Origin: Schmidtea nova
Taxonomy: Eukaryota
Direction of reading: 5' to 3'
DNA length: 64,000 bases
Assembly (NCBI GenBank): GCA_044892505.1
Contig: CM097882.1
Span: forward strand, 440,200,001-440,264,000
Each line of letters begins with the position of its first letter. Within the stretch, counting starts at the first letter, position 1. Below, piece after piece: positions 27,101 to 39,100 of the stretch. Below the pieces are notes generated by a model. It was not told the DNA's origin. It was given only the letters and a program-made list of their open reading frames with translations, and searched no databases. The position numbers and the translations under genes were made by a program.

Positions 27101-30100
27101 ATGCTCCGTTTTCACCTAACATACCTCCTGGATACAGGGCCGGCCCTAGACCATGCGGGGCCCATTTCCAAGGCAAAAATTTGTAATTCTACATATATTA
27201 AAATAATGGGAAATAAAAAATTAAATTACTTAAATTTTTACTCTATAGCAGCGTTGATACATCAATAATTACAGTTTTATTCATTTAACTGACGATCATA
27301 AAACTAAAAAAAAATGTACAAATTTAAAATTAAAATGTTTTTTTTGGCATGCTAATTGACAGTTCACTGTTCCTAACATTATAAACTATATATATACACT
27401 ATATAGCGTTGGTTTGGTTATATCTTCTATACTTCCACCTTGTTTTTACAATTAGGCCTACAAGCAAATCTTGCGAGCTTTGGCTGCTGCAAAATCTGAA
27501 ATAAGTTCATTATAGTCAAGATCCTTAGCAACTTCATTCTCAATTGACAAAATAGCTAAGTTACTGAGCCGATCTTGAATCATTGTTGATCGCATATAGG
27601 TTTTAATAAGTTTTAGTTTCAAAAAGCTTCTTTCTCCTGAACTTACAGTGACAGGAATAGTTAGAAGTATTCGAAGTGCAATGTGTGTGTTAGGAAAGTC
27701 ACTATAACGCTTGTTCACTAACAGAAACTGCAAAATCTTAACAGGATCGTTGTAGGTGGCTGCAGGAATTATGGAACTCAATGATTGCAACTCTTCAGCA
27801 ATATCCTTTCAGCAAAACCATCAATATCCTTACTTTCGCCGGCTGTGAGCTTTTTCTCTAGATTCATACTGTTATTGAGTAAATCAATTTTTTGTAATTG
27901 ATGAAATTTATAAAAAAATCCAAACGAGTTATGATGCATTCGTAGTTGTTCAAATCGACTGTCCATCGACACGATTGCAACATCAACAATCTGGTTAAAA
28001 AAATCTGCGCGAAATTTTTCTTGTGGATCTACAAATCCTTCATCTTCTCCTTCATATGTAAATTGTTTTTTTCTTTTTCGCACTCTCGTCTCATTGAAAA
28101 TAGGTTCAACTTCTAAGTCCGTAGCAATTTCTTTTGCAATTGCTATTGCTGTTTCAAAACCGCCATCTCTGTAAGATTTCAACCATTTGCAAGTACGTTC
28201 CATGCTGTCAATTGCAGTTACTAGATCAACAGAAATATTTTGTAATTCTTTGCTGATGTAATTAAACTGGAACAATATGTCATACCAAAAAGCAATTGAA
28301 ACAATGAAATTGAAGTTCTTAAGTTGTTTGCACAATGACTCAGCTTCACTTCGAGCTTTTGGATCACTACTTTGATCTGCAACTTCGAAAAGTGTATCAT
28401 AGATTTCGACTGCTTGATATCGCACAGCCTTTACACTTTCCACACGGCTTTCCCATCTTGTTTCACAAACTGGTTTTACTGAAATATTTCGAACATACTT
28501 GGAAAAGATAGCCCATCGCTTTGTTGAAGCAGAAAATAAAACATAGATTTGTTGAATTATACCAAAAAACGTCATTGCATCAGGACAAGTTTTTGCCATA
28601 TCACATAGCAGCAAGTTGTAGCTGTGACAGGTACGAGGGGTAAAAAATGCCCTAGGATTTAATTGTAAAAGACGAGCCTGTACTCCTGACTTATGCCCCT
28701 TCATGTTCGCACCGTTGTCGTATCCTTGACCGCGGATATCAGAAACATCTAGGCCCAATCTTGTCAGTTCCAATAGTAAGACATCAAGTAGGTGTTGTCC
28801 AGTACTTTCTTCTACTTCTAGAAAACGAATGAAGTGCTCGTGAATTACTTCAGAACATTCTCCTTCTGGGCTTACATAGCGAATTGTCAGTGAGATCTGT
28901 TCTTGGTGACTTTGGTCGGGTGTGCAATCAAGTATTACTGAAAAGTATTTAGCAGATTTTACTCTTTCTATAATAATTTCCCTTACCTTATTTCCCATCA
29001 ACGAAATGAGCTCGTTTTGAATTCGCTTTCCCAAGTAGTGATCATGAATTTCATCAGTCTGTATTCTTCGTATATGTTCTTGCAAAACCGGATCAAATTT
29101 TGCCAGCAATTCAACGAGACCCAAAAAGTTTCCATTGTGTGCCATATGTAGTTTATCGACTGAACTACGAAAAGCCATGTTGTGCTCAGAAAGAAATTGG
29201 ACGATAGCCATTAGACGTTGAAATACACTATGCCAACGAGCCTTTTTACTGTTTATTAATTTTTGGCTCTGTTTGTCAATTGTGCATCCTTTTGTCAGCC
29301 TATTTTCCAGCTCAAACCATTGCAAAGTAGATGTCATATGTCCCTTTGATTTCTCATGATCAGAGAGTCTAACACTTGCATTTTTCCAGTCACAAATCCC
29401 GTCGGATCCCAGAGCAGACAAAGTGTTGCCAAAAAGTTTGCAACAAAAACAAAACATTTTGTTGTTAGCTGCTGAATATATAAGCCATTTTCGGTTGACA
29501 ACTTCTCCATTTTCCATATGTCGTTTGCAGTAGGTTGTTGAAAATTTCCTTCTATTGCTATCTGCTGGAAAATCTTTTTCTTCAATTTTTTTTGGCCCCT
29601 TGCAAACAATTATAGAACGAGTGTCTGCATTCAAATGTTTTGGCCAAGTTGCTGGATCACTAAAATCATCACTTACATTTGTCAAATTAACCAACTCTTC
29701 TGTTTCTTAGTTTGCCGATGTCCGTGTCCCTGTAATCTTTGAAGAATCAACAATCCTAACATCAGAAGTATCGATACTAGACTCTGTCTCTATGTTATTT
29801 TCATAAGTTGCTGCATCTTTGTATTCTTCAGAAGTTGACGATGTTGACGAACTTTGATGTTGTTGTACAAGAAATTTATTGAGAGATTGGGTTAATGCCT
29901 TAATTTGGGTTTCTTGCGTTGTTTTTTGTTTTTTCTTTTCATTGCCACTTTTATATTTTCTGCCAAAATCGCGATCTCGTTTTGGTGGCATATCCCCTCA
30001 GGTCCTCAACTAATTGTCGTACTGACTCGTACAGTTATATTATAATTAAATGTTTTCTGTATAACATTTTTTTTCAACATGTATATAATAAAAAATCAAG

Positions 30101-33100
30101 TTAATAACGAAGTTATTATAATTAATTATTATATATTACATTTTAATGATGATCAATGGCAATAATTTAAATTGCATCGGTATTAAATTTAGATGACGCA
30201 ATAAAAAACGTTCCAAAACGTTTAGACGACCAAAGAGTCCCAAACTTAATTTGAGTGGCGACCTATTTTTTTCATTTATTTTTTTACTTTTCTTAATATT
30301 AATGGTAATATTTCTAAATAAATGTCATAATTGTCAGTGTCAGATTGCAGATAGTTAATTTTATTATATTAGTACGCTATTTTTCAAATTATTTTATCCT
30401 GAAAAAATTAAATATAAAGTTGTCTTCATACTTTGTTATAATGTTATATAAAAGACAAGTATTACGCAGTATTACGCAATAGTATTAAAATTTTAAAATG
30501 TAGTAAAAAATGTTTAGTCAAAGCGCGGGGCCCAAGGCAGTCGCCTTGTTCGCCTTGCCCTAAGGCCGGGCCTGCCTGGATACATAATTTAAAAAACAAA
30601 ACACCCAGGAATTTTGCTTATGTCAACTCTAGTTTAAACTTTTTTTCCGTCGAAAAATGGAATAGAAAAGCTTCTGGAACGTTGGCAAACCAATTATAAA
30701 TAATGATGGGTAGTCGATTTACATCTCTGAATTTGTGTGAAAGTTGTGATTGGAGTTTTCTGATTCGGTGCATCTGTGTGCGACCAATCTGTTTGAAAAA
30801 TTTTAAAAATTGGTAAGGGAATTTTTATTGGTCAGTTTTTTGAGTATGGACTTGGTGGATAATTTGAGCGTGATTAATGTGTTAACCTATATTTTAAAAA
30901 AATTAAAAGAATTTTAGTTTTTAAATTAATTAGTAAATAAGTAACAAAATATGCCTTGGCTGCAAAAACAATTTTATTAAGTGAGAAAATTTTCGATTAT
31001 AAAATAATCCTCGTCAATCTCTAATTCGGCAAATAACTGATATCTTCATTCATTCTGTTGTTTCTATTTTCGTGATTTCTCTTCTTTTTCATTGGTTGTT
31101 AATCTGATTAATATAAATTTTTAAAATTTTTAATTGTTTTTTAAATGTTTTTTGTTAAAAATTTAAAAATATAAAATAAAAACTCTAAAAACTCTTAAAA
31201 ACTTTTTCTAAAATTTTTTTCAGAATAAATAAATTTATCCTATTTTTTAAAAATTGAAAATTTTTAAATTTTTTCTATTGTCTGTATTCTAAACTTTAAT
31301 TTTCCAACCCTTTATATTTGAATTTTATTTTTTTATTTTAAAATTTAATTATATCTCTTTGAAATGCCCAGAAATTCTCTGTACTATCACTTTTCTTTCT
31401 TCTTTTTATGTCTTCCTTTTACTTTTATACTTTCTTCTTTGTAGAACCACATGTTTTTTAACAAGATAACAAGTGGGCGATTTCGCTAGCTTCCTCTTTA
31501 GAGTTAATTTTTAGGTGTTTGTCTCTAATGAGAATAGCTTCTTTAAGTCTGAGATTTTTTTCGTCGTTTTCGTTTGTCAATATTCTCACTGATATTAATT
31601 TTTTCCTTATTTTCTGTCTGACATTGGTGAAGATGTCTATATACAGATGACTTTCCACCAGGATCAAAATGTTCTTTAATTCTCTGATGCAAAGTCCGAA
31701 GGGTGCTTTCGATGTAAATTTCTTCGCATTTATTACACATGATGCTATAGACAATGTTCTTGCGAAAGCATATTTTCTTTGGTGTTTGGCAATTTTCCAT
31801 CTTACATGTATTTTCCTTTCTCGTGTTATTACCTAGAGCTTGCCTTAATGTCTTAGATCTATGTGCCAAACGAATCGGAAGGCCAGTGAGATTAAGTTCT
31901 TTGATGATCATGAAATTTATTCGGTTACTGATGAAAGGAATTCGAAGGTAGAAATATTTTTTTTCCTTTTGCAGGTCTTTCTGCCGTCTCTGGTTGAATT
32001 TTACTTTGTTAATCTCGTTAATATTATGGTGTTTGGCTGCCGTATGGGATCGTGCATTGTCGTGGAGATAGTGAATTTGATGAAACCCACCACCAAGAAA
32101 ACGGCGTCACTTTTGCTGTATTGCCGTCACCAGACGGGACAGCTGTTCGTAGTAAACATTGGCAGTGATTGTAGCACCCTGTGGCAGAATATCAATCATA
32201 GTCACACCTTTACATCAAAGTTTCCTTCCTTGAAGTTTGCAACCAAGCGTCGACAAGTGTGCTAATTTGTTGTGTCCTTCCCCAGTGTCAAATTTATTTC
32301 ATTTGCGGATATCCTCTCGTGCGAAATTCATTTCAAATCGACGTATTCTAATGAAAACAAAAAGTATTTCAGTCAATCAAGAAATTTATTAAAAGTGCTT
32401 GATCCATGTAAGATATATTAAAGTTAATAGCAATGTTAAAAATTATTAATAAGTGATTTTTTTTAATTTTACAAATCTACAACATATATAGCATAGACAC
32501 ACAAAGTTGCAGACCTATACACTCATTACAGCATTAGAAAGTTGAGTATGAGCACCGGACAAAACTTATTTGTTTATCCTGTATTTTTCATGGATCTTGG
32601 TTGGATATGTAATCTATTCTTTTATTTATCTGGAACATACCGCTTTGTATTCATGGGTTTTGTTCTATAAATTGATATATAAATTCCTATCGATGTTTGT
32701 ATTTATTACGATGACACATCGGTTATTTATGAAATATAAAATGAAATCAGTCAGTCATCTTCCATAGAGAAAATTGACATATAAAGCTTTAGAATCCTTC
32801 GTTAATAATATATTTAAATTTGTTATCAAAATATCAATCTTATACCTGATTAGTAAAGCTGCAGATGAATTATTTAAAATGCTGGAAATGGAAGAAGAAG
32901 GGATACAGTTATTTCTGTATTTTCCAATAATCAAGATCTGCCTCATGCAATGTCCTTTGTACAAATTGCATATAAATTAAGACTTCATAATTTGAAATTA
33001 TTTCACGAAGAACATTCACTGGTTGACTGAAGCTTTTATCAATTCAAATGCTAACAGATAAAAGACGACTCCACTCGTTGTTTGGAACTTTCAATGCTCA

Positions 33101-36100
33101 AATTATCTATGTCTCTATTCAAGCTGTGCTGTTTTTATGATTCTGGAAGAATAACTGGTATTGTTTTAGATTTCGGAGATTGTGTAACCCACAAAGACAT
33201 TTACCTTATGCTATTGGCAGAATTGATTTAGCATGAAAAGACTTAACTGATTATCTAATGAAAATTATGAGGAGAGGGGACAGTTTTACAACTACTACCG
33301 AGAGAGAAATTGTTAGAGATATTAAAGAAAAAAAATCATATATCGCTTTAGATTTCTAACTTGAAATGTAATCACCTGTCTTTACATCTTCTTTAGAAAA
33401 AAGGATGTCTACGATCAATCAAATGGGAATTACATAATTGATTAACATGTACTTTTTCTAATAAAATAATTGTTTAAAAAAGTTATTAAATAATAATTGA
33501 TTACTTTCCAGTACTGCTAATAATTACAAAGGAAAGGGTTTTGAGGATATCTATGTTTATAAATAAATAGTCACATAAAACAAACAAAACTGCACTATTC
33601 TTTCTTTTTTTATTTTAATAAAATGATATAAATGTAAGAATGCAAGCGACAAAAGGCTAAATAAAAATTTATCTCAGTTAAGTTTCGTTTCGGTTAGGCT
33701 TTCCTAATAATTAATGATAAGTAAATTAAAGCTATAAGCTACCCAAAACACAACTCAAAATCAACCTCAGATGTACGATAAAATTGCTAAATAGAAATTT
33801 GAAATTTATTTTATTTTTAAAATTAATTAAATTTAGGTAAAAGGCACAGAAGAAAACGGATTAAGCAGAGAAAGAAATCTGAAAAATCAAACAATGAATT
33901 TACCGGGAAAAAGAATATAATTACTACGGATCATATTGTTATCGATACAGATCAGTGCCAACAGATCGAATTGTCCACCAGCGATAGCAATAATCTGTCA
34001 TCGTCTTTTGAATACATTCAGGAGAACTTTTATCCGACTTTTTGTTTTGAATCTAATCCAGAAATATCTTTATCGAAAGATGAATGTAGCAACAATATCA
34101 GCAAAGATAGACCAAAGAAGTCAATCAAAACAAATTTCTCAAATTTTATCAGTGATGATTATGAAAAATTTAAAAAATCCGATCAATTGCTTACGAATTT
34201 CTCGGAAAATAAAGATAATTCACAGAGGCAAAAGCTTGACTCTGAGAATGTCAGTAAATCTCGTGAAAATAATACAAGTTTAATTAATTATTTATTAACA
34301 AAACAATTCACGGACAAATCTCCAATATCGAGGTTGGGTAAATTAATGAAACAGGTGAATAATGAAGTTCCGGAAGTAATTAAGAAAGAATCCTTTGTAA
34401 AATTAAATTCACTAATAAGTCATTCACGAGCTAATATTAATGAAGAGTTCGACATTTATTGCGAATCAGAAATATCAGATACATTCGACTCTCGAACTGA
34501 ATCTATGAATTCTCTGGAATTCGAAAGTGATTTTGACATGAGTGAACAGTTGAATCTTCATATAACAAATTACAGTCAACCAGAAAACCATGAATTCACA
34601 TTCACAATAGAGCACAGATATGATCCAATTAAAAGCGTGACAAAGAATCTGACAAAAAAATTAAAAAAATCGTCATTAGTCTTCAGTTATCTAACTAAAG
34701 ATTCCTGTGAAATCTTAAATGAAAACTACCAACTAGTTAAAAACTCTTTAAACAACATTTTACAACAGAAAGAGCAAATAAAAAATAAAACTGAATATAC
34801 AAAATTGTTTTTAGATCAAATAAAAAAAGACGGATACCGTGGGAATAGGGTGGAGAGCATATTCGACCTTGTGAACTCTGTCAATGAACAAAATGAAGAA
34901 GACACTGTTTATCAAATAATGGAATACTATAATGATACACCGAATGAAAGTGATGACGACGAAGATCCTTTAGAATATTCTGAGGAAACTAAATTATTAG
35001 TTTGTGGATCAGAAATTTCCAACGTAAAGCAAAAATTAAAAACAATTGAAAATGTTTCGAAAAAATTAAACGATGTTCTGCTTGAAAATACTGAAGATAA
35101 AAATGAAATTATTTTAGATCGGCCTTTAGTGAAAGAATTAGAAAATCTCATCAATATTTACGGAAAAGAAGTACAAGAGAATAATGCAGGATTTTTGCAA
35201 GAAGAAGAAACGAAAATTATTGATGAAGCTTATGAAATATTAAATCATGCAATGAAAAAAAAGAAACAAACAACAAATGATATTTTATTAAAATTATCCC
35301 AAGACGAAGCCAATAAATTGCTAGAGGCGCTGAAGATTTTAAAAATTAATACGGCAATTATAAAGCATATGAAAGAAAATGAAAATTTTGAAAGTTTTAA
35401 TTTAAAAAATGCGAAAGAAGTTAGAAACATTGTAAATCAAACCATTGAGATAAATTGTAATGAAAATCTCGTAAAGTCTCTAAAATCTATTGTCAGCAAA
35501 AGTATAGGTATTCACAAAAATAAAAGCACAATTTTTGAATTAATTGAAGTTATAGAAAAACTAGAAAATAAGGGAGAAAACAATAAAATAAAATGCAACG
35601 AAAAAGAAACCCAAATAATAAATGAGGTACTTGACACAATCGAAGAGGCAGATGAAACAAGAGTAGACTTTCAAATAGAAAATGAAATAGTTTTAGAAAT
35701 GACAGATAGCATCGATATTCAGCTGCAGGAAATAGAAGACACGATTGTGAACAATTCGGAGAATCAAAAAGAATTTGGAAAAAATAAAAATAAAAATGTA
35801 AAAATGCTAAACAATAAATTTGAGCAAAAATCCAATCAACAAAATAAAAAAAATAAAACAGAAAACATTAAACAAAATAAAGAAACATTATCAACAAAAG
35901 AAAACAAAATAATAGAACAAGAAATATATAAGGATGTTAAAAAAAACAAAATGAAAAAAGACAAAAATAAAAATGAATTATTTTTAAAAGTAGAAGAGAA
36001 AGAAAAAAAGAAAATCCCAATCGAAATAATTTTAAAAGAATTGGTGGAAACGTCAAAGAGCGATCAAATAAAATTGAAAGGCCAAGATTTATCAAAATTG

Positions 36101-39100
36101 TCAAAAGCTATTGATACAATTGAAAGTAGGATTAACGAAACTCCAGACGCTGAAAGATCCAAGGAGTGGAAAGCAAATAAATCTTTACTGGAATCTATTC
36201 TCCCTAAAGTACAAGAAGTCGTTGATTGCAAATCAAAAGAATTAGATCTGAACAAAGACGAAGCACAAAGACTAAGCAAATTGTGCAAAGATGTTGCAGA
36301 ATCCCATCTTCCAGATTCGACAGTAATTAGAAATGCAGACATAGTAGATGACATCGTTGATGAAGTAACTGAGGAACGTAAAGTTGGGCTTGAAAATGGA
36401 CAAAAGTTGTTATTTGATGCATTGGATAAGGGTGAGTTAGACAATCTCAAAGGCAAAGAACTAGTTGAAAGTTTAGAAATAATGAAAGCATTGATTCCGA
36501 AATCCAAAGCGGGAGAGAAAGAACGGAAATTTCTAGACGACGTAATAGACGATTTGAAAAAGTCTTTAAAAAGTGGATCAAAAGTGAAAATCGACAAGTC
36601 TGTTTGTGAACAATTAAAAGCTTTAGGTAAAAAGAGTGAAAAGAGATTAGTTAATTCCGATGAGGATAGCAACAAACTGCTCGAAGCAATTAGATGTTTA
36701 TTTGATGAGGAAGAAGGCGAAAAAGAAAAGTTACTGAACCGGAAAGATATTGACAATTTACTGTGTGGAATAAAAGTCGCAAAAGATGCATTGAAAAATG
36801 AAATAAGTGAAGCGAAACTGATAGAGTTAGAAGAGATATTATTGAAGGAAGTCTCTGATGGAAAAGATCTCATTAGACTAGAAGCGACAGTCAATGAACC
36901 TCTCATTGGTATTCTATGTGAAGCTGTCCAAATTCAATCGAGCATTCCGGATATTGCGGAACGTATAAGAAAATCTCGACAAGACGAAATTGAAAACAGT
37001 CGACGAACAATTGAAACAATCTTGAAAGAATTAGTGGAAACGTCAAAGAGCGATCAAATAAAATTGAAAGGCCAAGATTTATCAAAATTGTCAAAAGCTA
37101 TTGATACAATTGAAAGTAGGATTAACGAAACTCCAGACGCTGAAAGATCCAAGGAGTGGAAAGCAAATAAATCTTTACTGGAATCTATTCTCCCTAAAGT
37201 ACAAGAAGTCGTTGATTGCAAATCAAAAGAATTAGATCTGAACAAAGACGAAGCACAAAGACTAAGCAAATTGTGCAAAGATGTTGCAGAATCCCATCTT
37301 CCAGATTCGACAGTAATTAGAAATGCAGACATAGTAGATGACATCGTTGATGAAGTAACTGAGGAACGTAAAGTTGGGCTTGAAAATGGACAAAAGTTGT
37401 TATTTGATGCATTGGATAAGGGTGAGTTAGACAATCTCAAAGGCAAAGAACTAGTTGAAAGTTTAGAAATAATGAAAGCATTGATTCCGAAATCCAAAGC
37501 GGGAGAGAAAGAACGGAAATTTTTAGACGACGTAATAGACGATTTGAAAAAGTCTTTAAAAAGTGGATCAAAAGTGAAAATCGACAAGTCTGTTTGTGAA
37601 CAATTAAAAGCTTTAGGTAAAAAGAGTGAAAAGAGATTAGTTAATTCCGATGAGGATAGCAACAAACTGCTCGAAGCAATTAGATGTTTATTTGATGAGG
37701 AAGAAGGCGAAAAAGAAAAGTTACTGAACCGGAAAGATATTGACAATTTACTGTGTGGAATAAAAGTCGCAAAAGATGCATTGAAAAATGAAATAAGTGA
37801 AGCGAAACTGATAGAGTTAGAAGAGATATTATTGAAGGAAGTCTCTAATGGAAAAGATCTCATTAGACTAGAAGCGACAGTCAATGAACCTCTCATTGGT
37901 ATTCTATGTGAAGCTGTCCAAATTCAATCGAGCATTCCGGATATTGCGGAACGTATAAGAAAATCTCGACAAGACGAAATTGAAAACAGTCGACGAACAA
38001 TTGAAACAATCTTGAAAGAATTAGTGGAAACGTCAAAGAGCGATCAAATAAAATTGAAAGGCCAAGATTTATCAAAATTGTCAAAAGCTATTGATACAAT
38101 TGAAAGTAGGATTAACGAAACTCCAGACGCTGAAAGATCCAAGGAGTGGAAAGCAAATAAATCTTTACTGGAATCTATTCTCCCTAAAGTACAAGAAGTC
38201 GTTGATTGCAAATCAAAAGAATTAGATCTGAACAAAGACGAAGCACAAAGACTAAGCAAATTGTGCAAAGATGTTGCAGAATCCCATCTTCCAGATTCGA
38301 CAGTAATTAGAAATGCAGACATAGTAGATGACATCGTTGATGAAGTAACTGAGGAACGTAAAGTTGGGCTTGAAAATGGACAAAAGTTGTTATTTGATGC
38401 ATTGGATAAGGGTGAGTTAGACAATCTCAAAGGCAAAGAACTAGTTGAAAGTTTAGAAATAATGAAAGCATTGATTCCGAAATCCAAAGCGGGAGAGAAA
38501 GAACGGAAATTTCTAGACGACGTAATAGACGATTTGAAAAAGTCTTTAAAAAGTGGATCAAAAGTGAAAATCGACAAGTCTGTTTGTGAACAATTAAAAG
38601 CTTTAGGTAAAAAGAGTGAAAAGAGATTAGTTAATTCCGATGAGGATAGCAACAAACTGCTCGAAGCAATTAGATGTTTAATTGATGAGGAAGAAGGCGA
38701 AAAAGAAAAGTTACTGAACCGGAAAGATATTGACAATTTACTGTGTGGAATAAAAGTCGCAAAAGATGCATTGAAAAATGAAATAAGTGAAGCGAAACTG
38801 ATAGAGTTAGAAGAGATATTATTGAAGGAAGTCTCTAATGGAAAAGATCTCATTAGACTAGAAGCGACAGTCAATGAACCTCTCATTGGTATTCTATGTG
38901 AAGCTGTCCAAATTCAATCGAGCATTCCGGATATTGCGGAACGTATAAGAAAATCTCGACAAGACGAAATTGAAAACAGTCGACGAACAATTGAAACAAT
39001 CTTGAAAGAATTAGTGGAAACGTCAAAGAGCGATCAAATAAAATTGAAAGGCCAAGATTTATCAAAATTGTCAAAAGCTATTGATACAATTGAAAGTAGG

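Larger units (their letters stand above)
26440..30710 (+). mobile_element. Decayed mariner transposon split by the hAT insertion (about 26440-27134 and 30575-30710)
   Basis: Left of the insertion, fragments read HLRHCM…ATEA…, LVESDPHQ…[35 protein letters not shown] and [10 protein letters not shown] (the HDNARPH and YSPDLAPSDY motifs). Right of it, [19 protein letters not shown]. There are many stops and deletions; TIRs were not confidently seen. Confidence 0.8.

Noticed and set aside
33936-34283. Track ORF of 115 aa on the + strand
   Set aside because: It is an out-of-frame overlap with the giant exon, which reads in frame +2 from 33839.
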